The notes under the pieces are model-generated. The model did no database searches. It worked only from the letters and a program-made list of their open reading frames with translations, and was not told where the DNA came from. This document shows positions 13,796-25,788 of a stretch of DNA of 64,000 bases, piece after piece. The position numbers and the translations under genes are program-made. Source of the stretch: Octopus sinensis (Eukaryota); the NCBI RefSeq assembly GCF_006345805.1, contig NC_043015.1:32612001-32676000 (forward strand), given 5' to 3'. Position 1 is the first letter of the stretch, and each line of letters begins with the position of its first letter.

Positions 13796-14196
13796 CTTTA
13801 CTCTTTTACTCTTTTACTTGTTTCACTCATTTGACTGCGGCCATGCTGGAGCACCGCCTTTAGTCGAGCAAATCGACCCCGGGACTTATTCTTTGTAAAC
13901 CCAGTACTTATTCTATCGGTGTCTTTTGTCGAACCGCTAAGTGACGGGGACGTAAACACACCAGCATCGGTTGTCAAGCAATGCTAGGGGGACAAACACA
14001 GACACACAAACACACACATACATATACATATATATAGATATATACGACAGGATTCTTTTAGTTTCCGTCTACCAAATCCACTCACAAGGCATTGGTCGGC
14101 CCTGGGCTATAGCAGAAGACACTTGCCCAAGGTGCCACGCAGTGGGACTGAACCCGGAACCATGTGGTTGGTAAACAAGCTACTTACCACACAGCC
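13796..14196 (-). mobile_element. Full-length SINE family B
   Basis: Head GGCTGTGTGGTAAGTAGCTTG, CCTTGGGCAAGTGTC CORE-like motif, internal CA/TA repeat, (TAAAAGAG)n tail. Confidence 0.9.
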
Positions 14197-14689
14197 CTTG
14201 AAGACATCCTTTTGTTTTCTTTTGTTTTGTTTGTATTTCATGGCAATTAGTATAAGTTTCTCCTTATCCTTCAGTAGACAACGATGTAGTCTTACGGAGG
14301 ACATTTTCTAAGAGTTTTCCAGCTACATGAGTTCCACTCCCTTGTGTTCGTGAAAAACTCTAATATTTCTTTATAAGATTCGGCGCGATATATTTTGAAA
14401 GTGGTCATTATTTTCTTTCTATTGTTTTTAAATCAGACAAAACATTTAGAAACATTTAGCTTGTTCATTTGATATCTGATTTAAAATACTGTAACTATAA
14501 ATTATTTTGGGTCAAATAAAGTACAGGTAAGAAGTAACTTATTTTTTGCATTTGATCCCGTTTTAAGTACACATCTAATGCTTCTGTAATTTTCCTTCTT
14601 AATCTAAACTTTAATTTACTTTTTGCACACAGTCTGATTCATCGATTACGTGAGAGGGTTTGTCTGTCTTTAGTCTAATTATAATTTTC

Positions 14690-14868
14690 CGGGGAGGAGA
14701 CTAGTCAATTATATCGACCGTAGTGTTCAACTGGTAGTTATTTCAACGATTCCGAAAAGATGAAAGACAAAGTCGACTTCGGTGACATTGGAACACGGAA
14801 TGTAAAGATGGACGAAATACTGTTAAGCATTTTGTCCGGTGTGCTTACGATTCTACCAGCTTATCGTC
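14690..14868 (-). mobile_element. Diverged SINE family A
   Basis: Degenerate match to the family A head and body. Confidence 0.7.
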
Positions 14869-14920
14869 TTACAATAATAATAAGGATAATATTAATAATA
14901 ATTATCATAATAATAATAAT

Positions 14921-15269
14921 AGTGTCCATTAAAGAAGTTGAGACGTTATTTAAGTACAAAGACCTAGAAATAGAATTGACCAAGATGTGGGGATTGAAAA
15001 GTAGAACAGCACCAGTGGGGATTGGAGCGTTAGGGCTAATTAAAAAGGGCCTTGATAAGCAGCTCAACAAACTCCCTTGCAGAGTTAACGTGGGAGAACT
15101 TCAGAAAATAGTGTTGATAGGTTCTGCACACATTTTACGCCGTGTACTCTCCATGAGATGAAGACACGATGTGACTCTAGGGTCAGAGATGACCCCGATT
15201 CAGCAGAAGACAACGGACCATATTTTATTTAAAAATGAATAAATAAGTAAATAAATAAATAAATAATAA
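14921..15269 (+). mobile_element. R4/Dong-like non-LTR retrotransposon 3' fragment (RLE domain end, 3' UTR, TAAA tail)
   Basis: VSIKEVETLFKYKDLEIELTKMWGLKSRTAPVGIGALGLIKKGLDKQLNKLPCRVNVGELQKIVLIGSAHILRRVLSMR*; preceded by (TAA)n and followed by (TAAA)n. Confidence 0.8.
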
Positions 15270-15392
15270 TTTATTGACCCCGAAAGGATGAAGTGCAAAT
15301 CGACCTCGGCGGAATTTGAACTCAGAACGTAGCAACAGACGAAATACAGCTAAGCATTTCGCCGGGCATGCTGATTCTGCCAGCTCGCCGCC
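15270..15392 (-). mobile_element. SINE family A, 5' half
   Basis: Head through CATCCTTTCGGGGTC. Confidence 0.85.
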
Positions 15393-15552
15393 TTAAACGA
15401 CTAAAGATTCACAAATAGCACTGGGGCCAGTACAAAACAATACAATGTGGGGTTGCATAAAAGGAAACATGTAAACAGTGAAAAAGATAAAATTCTCCAA
15501 AGGAGGGCTGTTCGAGGAAACCACGAAAAACCGCAACGGTTTCCTGAGATTA

Positions 15553-15828
15553 ATTATTCAAACCCCAAAGAATCCCTCTCAACACATGGCTATGATGCTC
15601 CACCACTACTTCTGCTCGTGATGAGAGATGCACACATCGTCAGCCACTAAGGGACACGCTCAAATCGTTAAGGTCAAACAACTGACAAGCAAATCTGTGG
15701 TATTGAGCAGAATATTTACTGTAGCCCGTCTTTTATACCAAGACAAAACAATGTACATGATAACACTTCCCAATCAGTTAAGATCAGAAGCCATGAGAGC
15801 CACTGCCTGGTACTGCATCAGGGCATTT
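15553..15828 (-). mobile_element. Non-coding interspersed-repeat segment abutting a (TAA)n array
   Basis: Complex sequence starting immediately after (TAA)n on the minus strand (AATGCCCTGATGCAGTACCAGG...); no ORF. Its repeat status is inferred, as there is no second copy in the window. Confidence 0.45.
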
Positions 15829-15849
15829 ATTATTATTATTATTATTATT

Positions 15850-16173
15850 CAGTAGTTTTATTTTTAAGCGTGCTTTCACTTCACTACCGAGCGCAGCTCT
15901 GTGTGCCTTGGGTATGTGCTGTGATTTGTTGTGATGCTCTGATGGTTATTGTATGGAAAGTGTTCTGCGTAGGATGTGTGCAGTGCCTAGTTGTGCAATT
16001 TTCTGTATGTTATATGTGCTTGTAAATCCTGGTGTTTTTGTTATGTATTTGTCTGAATATTTTTTTATCATGCCTAATGCACCTACTATGATAGGAATTG
16101 TTTCTGTTTTCAGATTCCACATTCTAGTTACCTCTATTTCCAGGTCTTTGTATTTTGAGAGTTTCTCCATTTC
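15850..16173 (-). mobile_element. R4/Dong-like non-LTR retrotransposon 3' fragment, second family
   Basis: EKLSKYKDLEIEVTRMWNLKTETIPIIVGALGMIKKYSDKYITKTPGFTSTYNIQKIAQLGTAHILRRTLSIQ*, ~95-bp 3' UTR, then (TAA)n; the 5' end is fused to (GAA)n. Confidence 0.85.
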
Positions 16174-16410
16174 TTCTTCTTCTTCTTCTTCTTTCTTCTT
16201 CTTCTTCTTTCTTCTTCTTCTTCTTATTAGTCTTCTTCTTCTTCTTCTTCTTCTTTTCTTCTTCTTCTTCTCTTCTTCTTCTTCTTCTTCTTCTTCTTCT
16301 TCTTCTTCTTCTTCTTCTTCTTCTTCTTCTTCTTTCTTCTTCTTCTTCTTCTTCTTTCTTCTTCTTCTTCTTATTATTATTATTATTATTATTATATTAT
16401 TATTATTATT

Positions 16411-16662
16411 GAGTGAGAGAGCAGTGCATACCATCAAAGTGACACTGGTGTAAAATATACGAAGCCCAGTATACCCATCATGACCACCTGTCTTATAAGG
16501 GTACACCAGGCACATGCATCACAACCATATGTGCACGACATGGTGATCTCACATCAAGATAAACAGCGCATGACCTTGCAGGTGTGGCCTAAGTTAGAAC
16601 TTTCTTCTGGTCGAGTAGCCCATCCCGCTCAAAAGGTCCATGAATAAGGATTGTTTAAGGAT
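16411..16662 (-). mobile_element. Non-coding repeat flanked on both sides by (TAA)n
   Basis: Highly similar to 56256-56449; both end ...GCACTGCTCTCTCACTC followed by (AAT)n. Confidence 0.8.
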
Positions 16663-16675
16663 ATTATTATTATTA

Positions 16676-16716
<41 letters not shown>

Positions 16717-17362
16717 GATTGTTGTTGTTGTTGTTGTTATTATTATTATTATTATCATTATTAAATTTCGCCCATTTACACAGAAATAAGCAATCCCTAA
16801 TAACAAATGAAGCAGTTACTTTAAAACACGAACGCTGCCTTAAAACCCTACGTTTATTACGTCAATTTATAGTTTTTCAGGCTTCAAATTTCGGCCCATG
16901 CTGCCAAAGCTAGGGAGACAACATAAAATGGAAATAAAGAAGGTTACCAGCTTCTTATTGTTGTTGATGTTGTTGTGCTTTTCGTTTTGTGCCTGATTTT
17001 GTTTCCTTTCATATAATATATTTGTCTTTATTTATTTTTATATATATATTACATTTTTGGTGATAGATTTTATTTTATATTTTTCTCTGGTGTTTTTTTA
17101 TTATTTTTTTATTATGTTCTCTCTAACAAAAATAACACACCAGAAGTTACCACTAAAATCCATTCCCTTCTTTTACTACTCCTGTTGTATTCTTTTTAAT
17201 TTTTTTTTATTATGTAATGTGTGTATGGGATGCGTGTATATGCATATACATACATACATATATATACATATATATATACATGCATGCATGCATATATATG
17301 CTTATATATGTATATATGCTTATATATATATATTGTATGTATATATATATATCTATGTATAA

Positions 17363-17418
<56 letters not shown>

Positions 17419-18130
17419 TACACATAGACATTTGTTTTTACGCATACATTTACACGTGTGTGTGTGTGTCTCTGCCCGTACTCGAGCGTGTTTCTTGTGT
17501 GTCTCTATTTGAATATTTATGTATGCCAATTTATTTATTTATCCGCGCTAACACATTAGAACATTTCCATACACATACGCACACACTCAGACATATTCAC
17601 TCACGCAACTACAAACACACACACCTATAAGCCTTCTCTCACGCGCGCATACATATCACATATCACACACACACTCACACACAAACGCAATCCTCATATC
17701 TGTATGCCTTTCAATATTTCCCTAGCCTCGTCCTATTACTTGTCTAAACGTTTACAACTATTTATCATTCGGTGTCAACAATATACAGCATGAATGTGCG
17801 TTTGGTGGATTGTCGCTCATGGTGCAAAAGTTACCAACGGTTAGCAATACAATAGGAAACTCCCCATGTCACTTTAAGGGGTCACATTGAGATATTTAAG
17901 GTGTTTGACTTCAATATGGTGGGCCATTAAACTTTCTCTGCTTAATAAAGGACACGTCCTTTAATCTGTATATTTACTTGGTAAAATTGATCGCTGTATG
18001 ACTTCTAAATCCCAGTTTCCACTTCAAAGTATTTCAAAGTAAAGATTAATGAGTGTTGAATTATGAATATATATATTCAACATTTTGAACTTATTTTTTC
18101 TATTTTATTGGTACATTTCATCTTCACACA

Positions 18131-18200
<70 letters not shown>

Positions 18201-18448
18201 GTCTTTGCACAGCTTCTAACGCTGGAGATGTACTACAGTGTCAGCTGTCCTCTACCAGTGAACTAAGGTAATACCTCTTATTTTTCGAGCTCCTTCCGGA
18301 GTATTCGAACGGTTCCAAGCAGAGCTGTTTCCTGCAAGTGCTCCACCCTTATTGCAGCCCCTATTTGTTCCACATACTTCTCGAGATTTTTGCTCACTGT
18401 TCCCAGGGCTCCAACAGTTATTGGTACTACTAATTTTTCCTTACTCGC
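18201..18448 (-). mobile_element. R4/Dong-like non-LTR retrotransposon 3' fragment, third family
   Basis: VVPITVGALGTVSKNLEKYVEQIGAAIRVEHLQETALLGTVRILRKELEK*, ~75-bp 3' UTR, then about 20 (TAA) units. Not in the ORF track because it lacks a start codon. Confidence 0.8.
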
Positions 18449-19230
18449 CTATTGTAGTCTTTAGACGGAATAAAAATATAAGAGAAGTATTAACGACTAC
18501 TCCTGACTCCAAGAAAACTAACATTGGAGTTTCTGCACGCTGTACCTTGAGAAACAACCGCAACAACATGAGTCAAGTCAATTCCATCAGGAATCATAAC
18601 TGAAATGTTATGATTTATACGGAATGTAGGACTTATAGAGATTTCCATTTGGTGTAAGCAGCAAAATGCACCAAACACAACTTGATTTATGTTGGTTGTA
18701 TGACAGAACGATTAAGCAAAACATTCAATGGGTACAGATATGATGTCAGGCACAATAACAGTTGTTAGACAGAACTTGCCGAACATTTTACATCAAACGG
18801 CTGCAATTTTGAAAAAGACTTGAAAGTGCATATTCTCAGAAGATATTCTGAATCTGCTACACTTTCAGTTCTCAAAATGCATGAGGAGAGATATGTTTGT
18901 TAGTAATTAACATAACGCCTTGAAAGCATGGAAAAATTATAGGAGAATTTCATCATATTTCACAAAACTGTTTGACTGAATATTTCTCTTCTTTTTCCTT
19001 TTCTTTTTCTTTTCTCTTTTGTTTCTCGTTTTCCATTCCTTTTCTTTTTGACAGTCGTAAAATTGAAAATTGAAGTTTAATAATGTCTTTCCGTCAACAT
19101 GGGAACACAGGTCACCCTCATTCAAACTTTTGAATTTGAATTTTTTATATTTTGAATTTCTACGTATCACTTTTCATTTTGAACGCGACAAAGTCAGGCA
19201 AGCTGTCGAAATATCGTTCAAACCAATAAA
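18448..19230 (+). mobile_element. Penelope-like element remnant: GIY-YIG endonuclease and 3' terminal region
   Basis: Single frame with stops: PIVVFRRNKNIREVL...AKCTKHNLIYVGCMTERLSKTFNGYRYDVRHNNSC*TELAEHFTSNGCNFEKDLKVHILR...HEERYVC, fitting the PLE linker (RRxKN) and GIY-YIG layout (YVG, AxHF, catalytic E). Followed by a T-rich UTR, a decayed hammerhead and AATAAA. Confidence 0.75.
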
Positions 19231-19284
19231 ATATCTATTGCAATCGCATCGCGCTCTTCGTATTGTTTAAAAATAATAGTTATA

Positions 19285-19683
19285 ATAATCTTTTCTACTC
19301 AAGTCGCATTGCCCGAAATTTTTGGGGAGGGGGCCAGTCGATTAGACCGACCCCAGTACGCAACTACTACTTAATTTATCGACCCCGAAAGGATAAAAGG
19401 CAAAGTCGACCTCGGCGGAATTTGAACTCACAACGTAAAGACAGACGAAATACCTATTTCTTTACTACCCACAAGGGGCTAAACACAGAGAGGACAAACA
19501 TGAACAGACAAACTTATTAAGTCGATTATATCGACCCCAGTGCGTAACTGGTACTTAATCTATCGACCCCGAAAGGATGAAAGGCAAAGTCGACCTCGGC
19601 AGAATTTGAACTCAGAACGTAACGGCAGACCAAATACGGCTACGCATTTCGCCCGGCACGCTAACGTTTCTGCCATTTCACCA
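19285..19683 (-). mobile_element. SINE family A dimer (full-length unit plus 5'-truncated unit)
   Basis: Full copy 19683-19454, then a second unit starting at GTATTTCGTCTG (19453) with the alternative tail. Confidence 0.9.
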
Positions 19684-19719
19684 GCTCAGTAATGAAAAAA
19701 AGAAGAATAAAAATAATAA

Positions 19720-19726
19720 TAATAGC

Positions 19727-19773
<47 letters not shown>

Positions 19774-19875
19774 GTGTTGTCGTCGTTGTTGTTGTTGTTG
19801 TTGTTGTTGTTGTGGTGGTGGTGGTGGTGTTGTGGTGGTGGTGGTGGTGGTGGTGGTGGTGGTGGTGGTGGTGTT
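19720..19875. repeat. Compound (GTA)/(GTT)/(GTG) microsatellite
   Basis: Read directly from the sequence. Confidence 0.95.
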
Positions 19876-20355
19876 AGTAACGAACAGTAAAAGCATGAAC
19901 TGAGTTGTCCTCATTGCAGTATGCAAATGAACCTTATTCGTATGCTGGCACGACGGTGAAATGGCCCTAGATTTTGTTTAGATTCGGTTCTTAGTGAAAT
20001 AAAAAAAGAAAGAAAGAAAGAAAAAGAAAAGAAAATGTAAAAATCAGGCAATAGACAAGGAGGAGGGTAAGGTAGATATCGTCAAATTGAAGGGACTTTT
20101 CTTTATTTTATTTTGTTGTTGTTGTTTTAGTTTTGCTGCAACCAAACACCTGAGCAATTTCTCTGTTTTCTCCTTCTTAATGCTTTGCAACCTTAAGGTG
20201 TTTGACACGTACCGATCATCATCATCATCGTCATCATCGTCGTTGTTGTCGTTGTAATTGTTGTTGCTGTTGCTGTTGTTGTAGTCGTTTCTGACGGTGA
20301 TGTTATGTAGGTATATATTCGCCTGGAATTACTCTTACCTGTCTGCTGCTGAAAG

Positions 20356-20434
<79 letters not shown>

Positions 20435-20974
20435 TGAGAGAGAGAGGAGAGAGTGTGAGAGAAAGAGAAAGAGCGAGATATAGAGAGAAAAAAGAAAAAG
20501 AGGATGGAGAGAGGATTTGAGATATGAAGAGTAAGATGAAGAGACTTAAAGATAAAGAAAAATGATAAGGCAGAAATATATGATGAGGATGTGAGACAGA
20601 TTTCAAATGGGATGTTGTGAGGTCCATGGAGTTTAATTTACCTGAATTAGATAAAATACAAACTGCTAAATGCTGACATACCAAGTATCATATCTTCTGG
20701 TCTTCTGTCATATGTCCGCTGGTTAAAGATTTTATGACTCTCGTAATTCAATTTACTTCAAGGTTGACATCTGGTCTCATGCCAGTTCATGCTTTACATA
20801 GCCCTTCCCTTCAACACTGTATTTCACCCCTGTATCATGTCTGCCTATGTTTACCAGTGATATCGATCTCGGGACCTTACGTTTGTGAAGCAATTTTTTT
20901 AATTGCTCCTCCGTGCTTTCTGATAACTGTTAAAATATACACGTTAACGGCCTTATCCATTGTCACACATCTGC

Positions 20975-21337
<363 letters not shown>

Positions 21338-21534
21338 GCTATATATACATGGGCTCGTCAAAATTTCAAGTTCGTATGATTAGCTAAAAACTGCATGTTA
21401 TGAAGAATAAAAACATGCTGTAATACTTAGCGTTGCATGCCTACTATTTTGGAAGTTCTTTGTTAGTATGATTGCTGTGAAACCGATGTAGATGGTGGGA
21501 TATTGAGAAGCCGGGGTCGTATCTTGCACTAGGA

Positions 21535-21800
21535 GTCATTATGTTAGCCCATTTGCTAATCCAATTATATTCTTGACGGGCGTTGATAGCGGGTTTGTGG
21601 AGTTTGATGAGGATAGTTTCCTTGACCCGAAAATACCCGATATTGCGATCTGTAGATTCGTTAGTAACAGTGATATTCTGGATCTAGTACATGTTCAGAT
21701 GACTTTTGTCCGATGGATTGCGAAGGTGAAAGCATTCATTTTATTCTATTGTGTAAATATCACACATGTTACTAATGTGGCATCCGTTGCAGTTAATGCA
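21535..21800 (-). mobile_element. Highly decayed Penelope-like GIY-YIG remnant
   Basis: One minus frame with stops: ECINCNGCHIS...NITVTNESTDRNIGYFRVKETILIKLHKPAINARQEY, resembling the CxxC..YIG and R.KE..I....P.IN C-terminus of PLE endonucleases. Confidence 0.5.
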
Positions 21801-23479
21801 TTCTGGCGGGTGGATGACGCATACACGCAAACAAGTCCTTTTTTTGGTTAAGGTATTTGACGAGTATGTATAAATTGTTGGTGTCGGAGGAAAAATTGTT
21901 GAAGCTTAGCAACGTTTTGGAAAAGATATTTCACTTCTTGTCAGTGGGGCCTGCTTGATAATAGATAATGGATGGCGGGAAACCATTAACTTCCGGTATA
22001 CTTTACGATACCCGTAGAGTTGTGATAACTGTAGTATAGTGAGTGATAAATGTATGATAGGGAAAACTATGGTTGTGGGATAGTGAATGATATCTGTGAG
22101 AAGGTGAATGATAAATGTGATATACTTGATGCTAACGGTGAGGTAGTGAATGATAAATCTGCCATAGAGCTAAATGCTCTCCTAACGGTAACATATAGAT
22201 ATTTGCCTCATAGAGAAAGCTAGGGGATAGCATGATTGATATCCAGTTTTAAATGTTAAAGTCAATACTTGGAGAAGAGAACTATGCAGGAAATGAGTTC
22301 TAGTAAGATATAGGTAAAAGTAAGAAGCATCGGTTGAAGAGTCTGGTGTGAGACACACTCTTGTGATTACAAAATGTGAGAGGAATAAATGAAGACAGAA
22401 TCGGTATAGATTTATTATGCATCGAAGTGCAGATAGCTTTACAGTAGAAGTATTAGTTTGAAAGAGAGAAGATAACGAAAATTAGTGGTTATGTAGCACT
22501 TGTATCTATAGAATGCGTACATTCATATGGTATTGTGACTGTGTGGGTATAGAATTGCATCTCGGCCAAACCCAGACCTGGAAAAAGTAATTTACTGCAA
22601 GACATATTTTTGCTTTCTAAATCGCTTGCAGCTGTTTAGTCCTAAATTATATTTTTCTATATTTGTAGAGGAAAGTAATTATTTGTGAGTCAGTCTAGGC
22701 TATGTGTAGAATGATAAATCAATATGCGATGCTAACCATTAAGCATACAGGCGCAGCAAAATATTAGGCAATCCTTGATTCGCTTTGAAGTCAATGCTGT
22801 TAAATGTTACATCACTTGGATATTGGGCCAACGAAACTTCAAAACCATTAACACGATTACGGCACCTCAGCATTCCGTAATTGCTTGTGAAGGAGAGTAA
22901 CACTATGTTAAACTTGAAATCCTCAAGTTTATCACACCTACAAGCAGAACACACAAAATATGAGGCTGGTCTGAACATTTGTCATTTTAACTCGAAAGCA
23001 CCGAGTGAACGTCGGGTAATTAGTAACGTACGGTGGAGGAAGAAGACAGCTGAGGTACACACAACCGGTGACAAGGCATATTTTATAAGTTTTTCTATTG
23101 CCTCTTTTGCTCGGTGTATGGACATAAAGAAACACACACCGCTCCCTCTTGAGACCATGTCAAGGTGACAAGTTACAGCGAAACGTGAAACAAAATACAG
23201 ACAGGCTGGTGGGAAGATTATAGATTTCACACAACGACGACACAGTGGAGAGCTATTATATATTAATTTAACTCTCATCATGCGGCTTATCGATTAACTC
23301 TCAGTGAGTTCTCGATTAGCTATCGACTAATTCCCATTTATCCAGCGCCGAGTGAAGGATATCGGTACCATTAATATGTATGCAAGATCAGCCACAAATA
23401 ATGGTTAAATTGTCGGTAAAATGCTTTCTTTTTGTCGTTTGACTCCAACTAAGCTTTGATCAAACACGCACTGTTTTCG

Positions 23480-23558
<79 letters not shown>

Positions 23559-23786
23559 GTAGTTTTATATTTATAGTGTACAAATTATTCTTATACAAGA
23601 ATGTCGTTCATAGTGACTTCGAAGTAGTGTCCTACGATGTCTTAACTGGCCAAAACTTCAAAGACTCTGTAAATAAATTCCTGTTTAAGAATAATACATA
23701 CATACATATATACAGACAGACAGACAGACAGACAGACATACATGCATGCATGCATACATACATACATACGTACATACATACATACA

Positions 23787-23819
<33 letters not shown>

Positions 23820-23938
23820 GCATACATGCATACATGCATGCATGCATACATACATACATACATACATACATACATACATACATACATACATACATACATG
23901 CATACATATATGCATACATGCATACATACATATATATG

Positions 23939-24786
23939 ATAGACTGACCCGTCGTGAGACGACGTATGAGAGTACGACAATTTCTTTCATTAATTTCAAA
24001 TCTTCTTATTAATAACTGCATTGTTTCTTTCCAGTTAATTTGATATCTGATAATTCTTAATAAAACTTCAAAAATAACTAGTAGCAACTTCTATTGAAAA
24101 TAGACAAAATTTGGTATCGTAATGTTATCAAGCGCTTGCAGATAAAGGGTTTAACTCCCAAATACATTCATGCTGACATGGTTGCTACATTAGAGGGATG
24201 AAACTCCAGTTGTCTCAACAGTGCAAAAGTGGGCGGCTGAAATTAAGAGGGAGTCTTGAAGATCACCTTAGGTCTGGACATCGTAAAACTGCCCTCATCG
24301 AGATAAACATTGTTCGTGTTCACCACATGGTGACGAGTAACGGATGACAGGCGATTGACTATAAATCAAATAACCAATGCTATTAGCATACCCCATGAGA
24401 GAGTTGAGAATATTCTGCACACTGAACTTGACACGACGAAGGTTTTTGCTTGGTGGTTGCCATGCCTTCTGACACCTGATCAAAAGCGTACCAGGCTGAT
24501 CACATCACGGGGAAATCTGACATTTTGACTGTGGCTTTGAACTGGTTGATCACTCTCATTATTTTCCTGATTTGGCTCCATCTGACTATCATCGTTTGTT
24601 CCCCCAACGCGAAAAAACAAATTGGCTGGGAACCAGTATCGCCGTGGTGGTTCATCAATGGGATCCATGCCCTGCAACACAAATGGAAGTAGTGTGGACC
24701 GTTTATGTTGAAAAATAAACCTCATGTGTTCACATTCCATGAGAGTATCTTGGTCAGCCTACGAAAATTTTCAGCCGACCCAAGTA
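23939..24786 (+). mobile_element. Internally deleted mariner DNA transposon
   Basis: Frameshifted transposase: (M)DKIWYRNVIKRLQIKGLTPKYIHADMVAT..DETPVVSTVQKWAAEIKR..SLEDHLRSG..DDRRLTINQITNAISIPHERVENILHTEL..KVFAWWLPCLLTPDQK (WVPHEL-like motif), joined to GFELVDHSHYFPDLAPSDYH.LFP (YSPDLAP motif) and GIHALQHKW..YVEK*. TIR-like GGTCAGCCTA at the 3' end; ATAGACTGACC remnant at the 5' end. Confidence 0.9.
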
Positions 24787-25400
24787 TGCTACTTTTCATT
24801 TACAGCATGATTTTCCTTCCAAATCTTTAATGAAAAACAGAAGTGATATACGTGATTTATACGTTGTATAATAATTAGCGTCCTTATCCAATAACGAGCA
24901 TAAGCTGCTTCGATTCCTGTTTAAAAAAAAGCTGTTGTAATTTAAGTCTTTCAATTGAAATATTGACGTATGTAAATTAGGTGATAATTCTTGCTTACAT
25001 ATGCACAAGGCTACGCATTTCCAGGTGACACGTATAATAGGTATAATCAACAGCTGTACTCTTCTGACACCTCACTCTTTTAAGCCCAGACGGTTGACAA
25101 GTTAGGTTAACGCAGTGCAATGCTCACCGTTCCTCTCTTTTAGCCATACTTTATAATTTAGTTCATATTTATAGATTACATTAATAAAATGCTACAACTC
25201 GCAAGGTAGAACATACCTTTGAAAGAAAGGCTTTCCAGCCTTGACCGCCCAGTCGTTTCCGGGGCTCTGTAAAGTCCAATTTAACGAATCCTTTTATTAC
25301 TTTATACAAATATTACGGTGCAAGCCAAGGTAAAATGGCTGCCATTTCTAGCAGGTCGGAAAGCTATTTAGAAAAGCCACGGTCAGGTCTAAATATGTTG

Positions 25401-25579
25401 CTCTTTTACTCTCTTTTACTTGTTTCTGTCATTTGACTGTGGCCAGGATGTAGCATCGCCTGTAGTCGAGCAAATCGACCCCAGGATTTATTCTTTGTAA
25501 GCCTAGTACTTATTCTATCGGTCTCTTTTGCCGAACTGCTAAGTTACGTGAACGTAAACACACCAGCATATACACATAC

Positions 25580-25616
<37 letters not shown>

Positions 25617-25788
25617 TATATACATATATACGACGGGTTTCTTTCAGTTTCCTTCAACCAAATCCACTCACAAGCCTATGGTCGGCTCGAGGCTATAGTA
25701 GAAGACATTTGCCCAAGGTGCCACGCAGTGGGACTGAACCCGGAACCATGTGGTTCGTAAGTAAGCTACTTACCGCACAGCCACTCCT
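25401..25788 (-). mobile_element. Full-length SINE family B
   Basis: Matches the copy at 13796-14196. Confidence 0.9.
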
